This document shows positions 47,641-55,188 of a DNA stretch of 64,000 nt, piece by piece. The first letter of the stretch is position 1. Each line of letters starts with the position of its first letter. This stretch comes from an uncultured Anaerolineales bacterium. Its GTDB lineage: Bacteria; Chloroflexota; Anaerolineae; UBA2200. Location of the stretch: positions 22,975 to 86,974 of the forward strand of contig CAYZGO010000007.1 of the NCBI GenBank assembly GCA_964478075.1, in the 5' to 3' direction. The position numbers and the translations under genes are program-made. The notes under the pieces were generated by a model. That model saw nothing but the letters and a program-made list of their open reading frames with translations, was not told the DNA's origin and did not search any database.

Positions 47641-48839
47641 TGCGCATTCTCTTCCTTACCCAGGTCCTTCCTTATTCCCTGGACGCTGGTCCCAAAATCC
47701 GCGCCTACTACGTTCTGCGCTACCTGGCGCAACAGGACGAGGTGACGCTGCTCTCACTCGTGCGGGGAAGCGACAAGCCGGAGCACATCGACCACCTGCG
47801 GCAGTTCTGCCGCGAGGTGCATACCATCCTTATCCACCGGTCCAGAGCCAGAGACGCCGTTTACCTGCTCGGCAGCCTGGTCACAAACCAGCCATTCCTC
47901 ATCCTACGCGATGGCGTCCCGGAGATGTGGGAGCGCGTGCACGAACTGCTAGCAGGAGGCCAATTCGATGTTGTGCACGCCGACCAATTGTGGATGGCTC
48001 AGTATGCCCTACGGGCTAAATGCCGAATCCCAAAGTTGGTGCTGGACGAGCACAACGCCGTCTACACCATCCCCCAGCGCCTGGCCGAGCAAGAACGGAA
48101 CCCGTTCAAACGCCTGCTGCTGGAGCTCGAATGGCGCAAACTGGCTCGTTATGAGGGAGAAGTGTGCCGGCGATTCGACCACGTGATAACGGTGACAGAG
48201 GAAGACAGACAAGCCTTCTCTCGACTCGGGGTTTCCAGTTCTCAGCTCACCACCATCCCCATTTGCATCGACCCTCAGGAAATCGCAGTCGTAAGACGCA
48301 ATGCCGGGGCTCAAGACATCATCCATATCGGCACCATGTTCTGGCCGCCTAACATAGATGGCGTCCTGTGGTTCGCAAAGGAGGTCTTCCCTCTGGTCAG
48401 GCGGCAAATACCTGGGGCCAGATTCTACGTTGTGGGCAAGAATCCGCCCAAGGAAGTTCGCCAATTGTCACACTCATCTTCCATCATCGTCACCGGCTAC
48501 GTGGAAGACCCCACTCCCCACTTTGCCGACAGCGCCGTCTTCATCGTCCCCCTGCGGGCTGGCGGTGGCATGCGGGTGAAGATCCTGAACGCCTGGGCCA
48601 GGGGGGTTCCCATCGTCTCCACCACCATTGGCTGTGAGGGGATAGAGGTCCGGGATGGCCAAGACATCGTGATAGCCGACACGCCCCCAGATTTCGCCCA
48701 GGCGGTGGTCAGGGTGATACGGGATAAGGCATTGGCCCAGCGCCTGGCACAGGCCGGCCGGCAGTGGGTGGAGCAGAGGTACGATTGGCGGACGGTGTAC
48801 CGGAAGCTGGACGAAGTGTATGCAAATCTGGCGAAGTAG
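47640..48839 (+). CDS. GT4 (group 1) glycosyltransferase
   Basis: MRILFLTQVLPYSLDAGPKIRAYYVLRYL... then GT-B C-terminal motifs FIVPLRAGGGMRVKILNAWARGVPIVST. Confidence 0.75.
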   Translation: MRILFLTQVLPYSLDAGPKIRAYYVLRYLAQQDEVTLLSLVRGSDKPEHIDHLRQFCREVHTILIHRSRARDAVYLLGSLVTNQPFLILRDGVPEMWERVHELLAGGQFDVVHADQLWMAQYALRAKCRIPKLVLDEHNAVYTIPQRLAEQERNPFKRLLLELEWRKLARYEGEVCRRFDHVITVTEEDRQAFSRLGVSSSQLTTIPICIDPQEIAVVRRNAGAQDIIHIGTMFWPPNIDGVLWFAKEVFPLVRRQIPGARFYVVGKNPPKEVRQLSHSSSIIVTGYVEDPTPHFADSAVFIVPLRAGGGMRVKILNAWARGVPIVSTTIGCEGIEVRDGQDIVIADTPPDFAQAVVRVIRDKALAQRLAQAGRQWVEQRYDWRTVYRKLDEVYANLAK

Positions 48840-48861
48840 GGTATAGCACACACAAATCGGC

Positions 48862-49815
48862 ATGGCAAAGACTGTGAACTGCAATCTCTGTGGCACGAAC
48901 GATGCTCGGGTCCTCTTTCGACCATCGCGGTCTCCAGGACCTGTTGTCAGGTGCCGGGACTGTGGCCTGGTCTATGTCAGCCCCCGCAAGAATACCAGGG
49001 CGATAATCTTTGAGGGGCCTGAGATTGGGAACTATGCCCCCAGAATGCTTATCAGCTCAGATCTTGGTGATCTGACAGGGTGTTGGGAAAGATCTGCGAT
49101 TGAGGAAGACGAGGCAGAACTGTCAGCTAAGGTAGTCAACGCTCATCGGGCTCTAGACCGCATTGAGCAACTGATGTCTCACAAGGGAACCATGCTCGAT
49201 CTCGGGTGCTTCTGTGGCACGTTTCTCCATGTGGCGGCGGAACGGGGTTGGCGCAGCTACGGGATAGAGCCCCTTGTCGGCCCGGCGATCTACGCGCGTG
49301 GAGAGTTCGGGCTCAACGTCATCACGGACACGCTGCGGGATGACAGCTTCCCGCCAGAGTTCTTCGATGTGGTAACCGCATTTCAGGTCTTTGAGCACCT
49401 TCCTGATCCACTGGGAGAGTTGACAAAGATTCGGCGCATTCTCAAGCCCGGGGGGCTGGTCGTGGTTGAGGTGCCGAACATTGACACCGTTTGGGTGAGA
49501 TTACTGGGCAAGTACCACAGACACTTTGTCCCGGATCACATATACTTCTTTTCGCCACAAACCCTGGAGGCGCTTCTGGCGAAGGCGGGATTCACAGTAA
49601 TGCAGATTCAAGCCTGGCCACGGACACTCAGTCTTCGGAAAGTTGCTCGCTGGACCGGGCGAGTTGGGGGTGTGCCATTCGGCAAAGTCGTTGCGACGGC
49701 CGTGCGTTGCCTTCACCTCCAAAACAGCATGATTACTGTGGATCTTGGAGACGTCATATGCGCCTTTGCTCGCAAGAGTGTAGTTCCTGAAGGAATGTCC
49801 TCGCTTGCCGGGTAA
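48862..49815 (+). CDS. Class I SAM-dependent methyltransferase with an N-terminal Cys4 zinc ribbon
   Basis: CNLCGT...CRDCGLVY zinc ribbon, motif I MLDLGCFCGTFLH and LKPGGLVVVEVPN. Confidence 0.7.
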   Translation: MAKTVNCNLCGTNDARVLFRPSRSPGPVVRCRDCGLVYVSPRKNTRAIIFEGPEIGNYAPRMLISSDLGDLTGCWERSAIEEDEAELSAKVVNAHRALDRIEQLMSHKGTMLDLGCFCGTFLHVAAERGWRSYGIEPLVGPAIYARGEFGLNVITDTLRDDSFPPEFFDVVTAFQVFEHLPDPLGELTKIRRILKPGGLVVVEVPNIDTVWVRLLGKYHRHFVPDHIYFFSPQTLEALLAKAGFTVMQIQAWPRTLSLRKVARWTGRVGGVPFGKVVATAVRCLHLQNSMITVDLGDVICAFARKSVVPEGMSSLAG

Positions 49816-49828
49816 CGGCCGGCGCTAA

Positions 49829-49912
49829 GTGGAGGAGAAGTACGATTGGCACACTGTGTACAGGCGGCTCGGCGTTGTCTACGATACGCTGATGAGGGCG
49901 AGTAGCATGTGA
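49829..49912 (+). pseudogene. Remnant of a GT4 glycosyltransferase 3' end
   Basis: EEKYDWHTVYRRLGVVYDTLMRASSM aligns to the C-termini of the GT4 genes (…VEQRYDWRTVYRKLDEVYANLAK at 48839 and …HHDWRDVTQRLEEVYQEV at 60577). Confidence 0.55.
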
Positions 49913-49954
49913 CTCTGTGCCTGATTCCGGCAGGTCTGACAGAAGGCCATATAT

Positions 49955-50266
49955 ATGCACAGCATCAAAGGTATACGAGGATCAATTCGCTGCCACTCTG
50001 CTTGGCTGTTCCCCACTGGTCTTGTGATTGGGGTACTGGTCCTGTATGGACTCTTTCCCACGACCAATTCCTACTACACCCGTGATCCAATTGACATAGC
50101 TATGCGTCTGAATCAGCACAACTGGACAGCGCTGTTCGACCCGCACCACGTATTGTATGGCCCCCTTGTCATCGCGGCCAACCGATTCGCTTTGGCTCTC
50201 GGGCTGGACAACCTGCTGCGTGTGAATCGGGCTATAAACGAGCCTGTGTCAATAGTCGAGGCATGA
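49955..50266 (+). pseudogene. N-terminal fragment paralogous to the following membrane protein (TM helix plus a Y-x-TRDPID motif)
   Basis: LVIGVLVLYGLFPTTNSYYTRDPIDIAMRL compared with the downstream LIFAAIFLLYIAFLTHGAYITRDPIDYAYAA. It is only 103 aa and ends at the start of the full-length paralog. Confidence 0.5.
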
Positions 50267-51969
50267 TGCGAGAGAAGTTGATTCAGAGCACGGCTTGGAT
50301 TCGGGGTGGGATTGAACGGCGGTTGTTGATGCCAACCCTGATCTTTGCTGCTATCTTCTTACTCTATATCGCCTTCCTCACCCATGGGGCTTACATCACC
50401 CGGGACCCCATCGATTATGCCTATGCTGCCGAAAGCTCCTTGCACTCAGCCCACTCGCCATTCCACTTGCTTTACCAGCCGGTAGGCCGCCTGTTCTATC
50501 TTTTGTGGGGTGTTCTTGGCTATCAAGGCGGGGCAATGTTGCCGATGCAGGTTCTGAATGCTTTGCTGGGGGCATTGGGGGTCGCGCTGTTCTATGTTGT
50601 GCTAAACAAGATCGTTGAAGATCGTTTTGTCGCGCTGGCGACGTCCCTTATGCTAGCCTTCAGTTACAGTTATTGGCGCTACTCCGTGGAAGCGATGCCC
50701 TATGTTCCCATGGTGCTGATTCTGGTGATTTCTCTTGCTCTAATGCTCAGGATATCTCGAATCAACTCCAAGCGAGAGGCTTGCCTCCTGGGGATGGCAA
50801 ACGGCGTGGCAGCTCTTTTCAATGTGGGTTGCGTTTTGCTGTTGCCCGCCGTTGCCGTTGCCATCTGGGCCAGGCGCAAAGGAGTCCGAGATCTCTGCCA
50901 ACGTCTTGCCCTGTATTCCCTGGGTTTGCTTCTGGTAGGCGTGGTTCCATACGTGATCTTTGGGGTCGCAATGCTAGGTATCCGCTCTCCACAAGACGTA
51001 TTGACACAATATGGTCGTGGCACGAGATATTGGCTTGGCGGAGTTAGCCCCCTGTTATCTCTTGTCGGATTAGCAAGCTTGTTTGTAGGTGAGAGCTTTG
51101 CGTTGAGGTTCTTCTCATCGAACCCGACCGCTCGTGCCGGGATTGTTTCCAGCCTTCCTTCTCTTCCCCTGGCCCCTCCAGAGGTCAGCAGGATTTCGAA
51201 CTTGCAGATTATCGCTATTCTTGGGTTCTTGGTGGTAGTGGCACTGGGTCTCCTGGCTTGTGTCGTACATGTAATCAGATTCAGCAAGAGGATTTGGCAC
51301 AATCAACGCCTCCTTCTGATGATATGTGTTTCATGGCTGGCACCGTTTGCGGTCTTTACGGTTTGGGTATCTCCCATGAAGTCACATCACTGGATTGCCA
51401 ACCTGATCCCAATTTGGACAGTGTTTGCCCTGGTCCTCAAAGACATCAAGGATAACGTGTCACATAGGTGGGCCGCTCGTGTGCACTTGCAGTGCCTTAC
51501 GGTGATGTTTGTCTTCTCGCTGTTCCTTGTTAATTTCTTTGGGTCGATCTTGCCTGATCATGATCCCAAAGCCAACTGGAACATGGAACTAGCTTTGCTC
51601 CTGAGCAACTACGTGGGTGAACAGGATTTGATCATGCCTCTCGAAGCCGGTGATTACAAGCATGCTCCTCCGTACATCCGGTACTATGTGCGCTGCGAGG
51701 TGATCCCCGTGCGAGCCTATCTCTTCGACGAAGGGTTGGGGCCCTATATCCGTGGACAAATCGAAGGCAGGCTGTCGGGGGGCGCGCATGTCTATGTTCT
51801 CTTTGACGCTTTTGATTCCGATCAGGGCTATCGCCAAGTATCCAGAGCAACGGGGCTGAGTCACGAGGAGATCCGACGAAGGATTGACGATCTCTTTACT
51901 GGTTATGTTCGCAGGATGGCATTGCAGCAGGATGGAGAGCCATTGCTGTACGAACTCATCCCACAGTGA
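50263..51969 (+). CDS. Polytopic membrane protein, probably a GT-C-like glycosyltransferase/polymerase
   Basis: 568 aa with at least 11 TM helices, a first-loop motif ITRDPIDYAYAAE and a C-terminal soluble domain. Low GC. Confidence 0.5.
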   Translation: MMREKLIQSTAWIRGGIERRLLMPTLIFAAIFLLYIAFLTHGAYITRDPIDYAYAAESSLHSAHSPFHLLYQPVGRLFYLLWGVLGYQGGAMLPMQVLNALLGALGVALFYVVLNKIVEDRFVALATSLMLAFSYSYWRYSVEAMPYVPMVLILVISLALMLRISRINSKREACLLGMANGVAALFNVGCVLLLPAVAVAIWARRKGVRDLCQRLALYSLGLLLVGVVPYVIFGVAMLGIRSPQDVLTQYGRGTRYWLGGVSPLLSLVGLASLFVGESFALRFFSSNPTARAGIVSSLPSLPLAPPEVSRISNLQIIAILGFLVVVALGLLACVVHVIRFSKRIWHNQRLLLMICVSWLAPFAVFTVWVSPMKSHHWIANLIPIWTVFALVLKDIKDNVSHRWAARVHLQCLTVMFVFSLFLVNFFGSILPDHDPKANWNMELALLLSNYVGEQDLIMPLEAGDYKHAPPYIRYYVRCEVIPVRAYLFDEGLGPYIRGQIEGRLSGGAHVYVLFDAFDSDQGYRQVSRATGLSHEEIRRRIDDLFTGYVRRMALQQDGEPLLYELIPQ

Positions 51970-52078
51970 AGGGGGCAGTGTGATCAACGTCGCAGTAGTC
52001 GGCTGTGGCCATTGGATCCTTAAGCGGCTCGGTCACCCTTCGGTCATTTGTGCGCTCAGGGAACAACGGAGGCAGTGA

Positions 52079-53356
52079 GTGAAGCGTACCATAGACGATT
52101 TAGCGATTTTGGGCGGCACGCCCGCTTTCCAAGAGGAGCTGCATGTCGGCCGTCCCAACATCGGCGACCGCGAACGCCTGCTGGAGCGGATCAATGACAT
52201 CCTTGATCGGCGTTGGTTGACCAACAATGGCGTCTACGTCCAAGAGTTTGAGCGCAAGATCGCTGACATGCTCGGCGTCAAGCATTGCATTGCCATGTGC
52301 AACGGCACTGTGGCTTTGGAGATTGCCATTCGCGCTGCCGGACTTGCTGGCGAGGTTATCGTTCCTTCGTTCACCTTTGTCGCTACGGCTCACGCCCTGC
52401 AGTGGCAAGAGATCACCCCTGTCTTTTGCGACATAGACGCCAAGACGTACAATCTGGATCCCTGCCAGGTGGAGCACATGATTACGCCGCGCACCACGGG
52501 CATCATCGGCGTGCACGTGTTCGGCCGGCCTTGCGACGTCGATGCATTGGCGCACGTTGCCCGGCGCCACAACCTGAAGCTGTTGTTCGACGCCGCCCAT
52601 GCCTTCGCTTGCTCGCACAAAGGACAGATGATCGGCGGATTTGGTGATGCTGAAGTGTTCAGCTTTCATGCGACCAAGTTCTTCAACACGTTTGAAGGCG
52701 GAGCTGTCGTAACGAACGACGATGACTTGGCGACGAAGGTGCGGTTGATGAAGAACTTTGGGTTCTGCGGCTATGACAATGTCATCCACATCGGCACTAA
52801 TGGGAAGATGAGCGAAGTGTCGGCCGCTATGGGACTGACCTCACTCGAGAGCTTGGACGAGTTTGTAGCTGCCAATCATCGCAACTATAAGCAGTATCAA
52901 CGTCAACTCGCTGGCATTCCGGGTGTTCATATGGCACCCTACGATGAGAGTGAGCGGTGCAATTATCAGTACATCGTTGTGGAGATTGATGACACAGTCA
53001 CCAAGGTGAGCCGGGATGAGTTACTCGAAGTCCTGCACGCCGAGAACGTCCTGGCCCGCCGGTATTTCTATCCTGGCTGCCATCAGATGGAGCCGTATCG
53101 CTCTTGTTTCCCCCACGCTGGCCTACTGCTGCCCAATACGGAGCGCCTTGTTACACGAGTGATGAGTTTGCCTACGGGTACAGCAGTTGGGCAGGACGAG
53201 GTTAGTCAGATTTGCCAGATTCTGACGCTCGTTCTGGAGAACGGTCCGGCGGTGCATCAACGGATGAACATGTTAGCGCAGGCTGAGCCCTTGAGGCAGC
53301 CCATCTCGTTTGGAGCTTGCGACAATCCGGCACTTGGGCCGGAAACAGGTATCTGA
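52079..53356 (+). CDS. DegT/DnrJ/EryC1/StrS family PLP-dependent sugar aminotransferase
   Basis: PLP-lysine region SFHATKFFNTFEGGAVV and the N-terminal motif of the family. GTG start with RBS GGAGG. Confidence 0.85.
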   Translation: MKRTIDDLAILGGTPAFQEELHVGRPNIGDRERLLERINDILDRRWLTNNGVYVQEFERKIADMLGVKHCIAMCNGTVALEIAIRAAGLAGEVIVPSFTFVATAHALQWQEITPVFCDIDAKTYNLDPCQVEHMITPRTTGIIGVHVFGRPCDVDALAHVARRHNLKLLFDAAHAFACSHKGQMIGGFGDAEVFSFHATKFFNTFEGGAVVTNDDDLATKVRLMKNFGFCGYDNVIHIGTNGKMSEVSAAMGLTSLESLDEFVAANHRNYKQYQRQLAGIPGVHMAPYDESERCNYQYIVVEIDDTVTKVSRDELLEVLHAENVLARRYFYPGCHQMEPYRSCFPHAGLLLPNTERLVTRVMSLPTGTAVGQDEVSQICQILTLVLENGPAVHQRMNMLAQAEPLRQPISFGACDNPALGPETGI

Positions 53357-53374
53357 GGCCGCGGAGGCGAGTCC

Positions 53375-54031
53375 GTGACTGCCACACGAAAACTGGTCAT
53401 CTGGGGCGCTTCAGGCCATGCTTTGGTTGTTGCAGACATCGTTCGTTTGCGGGCAGAGTACGAGCTTGTTGGGTTCTTGGATGATGTGAATCCTGATCGC
53501 ACCAGCGCCGCATTCTGCGGAAGCCGGATCCTTGGGGGCCAAGAACAGCTGGTTCATCTTCGGGAACAGGGAGTTGATTACATAATCTTCGGATTCGGCG
53601 ACTGTAGTGCAAGGTTAGAGTTATCCAAACTGGTGCGAGAGTTGGGGTTCTCACTGGCGACAGCCATTCATCCCAAGGCAACTGTGGCAGCTGATGTATC
53701 AGTCGGGGCAGGGACTGTGATCATGGCAGGGAGTGTTGTCAATCCTGGGGCACAGATCGGAGAGAATGTTATCATCAACACTTGTGCAAGCGTTGATCAT
53801 GAGTGTGTTATAGAGGACGGGGTTCACATTGGTCCAGGTGTTCGGTTGGGGGGGCACGTCAGGGTGGGACGAGCAGCTTGGATAGGGATTGGGGTGACGA
53901 TTAAGGATGCCGTGCACATAGGTCCAGGTTCAGTGATAGGTGCTGGTGCAGTTGTGTTGAGTGATATCCCTGGTGGCGTTGTGGCCCATGGAACGCCAGC
54001 CAGAGTAGTGCGAGAAATCTCGTGCGAATGA
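53375..54031 (+). CDS. NeuD/PglD/WbpD-family sugar N-acetyltransferase (hexapeptide)
   Basis: The N-terminal domain KLVIWGASGHALVVADIVRL...YELVGFLDD is typical of PglD/NeuD. A C-terminal left-handed beta-helix follows. Confidence 0.75.
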   Translation: MTATRKLVIWGASGHALVVADIVRLRAEYELVGFLDDVNPDRTSAAFCGSRILGGQEQLVHLREQGVDYIIFGFGDCSARLELSKLVRELGFSLATAIHPKATVAADVSVGAGTVIMAGSVVNPGAQIGENVIINTCASVDHECVIEDGVHIGPGVRLGGHVRVGRAAWIGIGVTIKDAVHIGPGSVIGAGAVVLSDIPGGVVAHGTPARVVREISCE

Positions 54032-54055
54032 CAACCGTTGATTGGGGGAGCATCA

Positions 54056-55063
54056 ATGACCACAGCCTCTGATTCAGTGGTAGACTATTCAATTGTTATC
54101 CCTGTCTACTTCAATGAGGGGACCTTGACAGAAACCATGTCGTCTATCAAGGACGATGTCCTTGCCCGCAATCCCAATCTTCGTTGCGAGGTCATTTTCG
54201 TTGACGATGGCTCGGGTGATGGCTCGTTGGAGGAGCTGCTCCGACTTTACGAGGAGGATCCGGGGATCGTAAAGGTTATCAAGCTAACGCGAAACTTTGG
54301 GCAGGTTAATGCCCTACTGGCTGGCTTCTCTCACGCCAAGGGAGAGTGTGCTATAGCAATGTCAGCAGACGGCCAAGATCCTGCAGTTCTGATCAATGAC
54401 ATGCTCAGGGCGTATTTTGAGGAACAATGCGAGATTGTGGTCTGCGCCCGGCAGGGGCGTGACGAGTCATGGTATAGAGTTCTGACTTCAAGACTGTTCT
54501 ATGCACTGGTTAGGAAGCTGAGCTTCCCTAATATGCCTGCGGGAGGGTTTGATTTTGTCCTGCTTGGGCGACGGGCCCTGGACGTTCTGCTGAGCAGTCG
54601 AGAGGCGTATCCCTTTCTTCAGGGGCAGATCTTGTGGACTGGGTTCAAAACGAAATTCCTTAAGTATCACAGACTGGAGCGAAAAGCTGGTCAGTCGCGC
54701 TGGACTTTTGGCAAGAAGATCACTTATTTGATTGATGGTGTAATGAGCTACTCATTTCTTCCCATACGCTTGATGTCAGCAATGGGAATCCTGTTTGCGC
54801 TATTAGGACTTCTCTACGCTGTAATCATATTCGTCCTCAAAGTAGCTGGGGGCATACCAATAGAGGGCTGGGCACCGCTGATGATTGTAGTGCTCATAAT
54901 GGGGGGCATTCAGATGCTCATGTTGGGTGTCATTGGCGAATATCAGTGGCGGACGCTGGGCGAAGCGCGCCGCAGACCGCGCTACATCATTGATGAAGTG
55001 TTCGGCGAGGACGCACAGGAGCCGGCGGAACGTGATGAAGGTTCAACAAGCGACAGCGTGTAG
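54056..55063 (+). CDS. GT2 polyprenyl-phosphate sugar synthase-like glycosyltransferase (GtrB/ArnC-like) with C-terminal TM helices
   Basis: YSIVIPVYFNEGTL...FVDDGSGDGS...MSADGQDP, then two TM helices. The in-frame ATG at 54056 with a GGGGGAG RBS is preferred over the TTG at 54038. Confidence 0.75.
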   Translation: MTTASDSVVDYSIVIPVYFNEGTLTETMSSIKDDVLARNPNLRCEVIFVDDGSGDGSLEELLRLYEEDPGIVKVIKLTRNFGQVNALLAGFSHAKGECAIAMSADGQDPAVLINDMLRAYFEEQCEIVVCARQGRDESWYRVLTSRLFYALVRKLSFPNMPAGGFDFVLLGRRALDVLLSSREAYPFLQGQILWTGFKTKFLKYHRLERKAGQSRWTFGKKITYLIDGVMSYSFLPIRLMSAMGILFALLGLLYAVIIFVLKVAGGIPIEGWAPLMIVVLIMGGIQMLMLGVIGEYQWRTLGEARRRPRYIIDEVFGEDAQEPAERDEGSTSDSV

Positions 55064-55188
55064 TGCTATAGCGACAACCGTCCGCAGTGGCGCCCGCGCG
55101 TGTTGCTGTGTACAAACCGCCGCGAAGGCCAGGCGCATGACCGATAGGCGATGCTCTATGCCCCTTGGCTGCAAAGGGTGAGGTGTGA

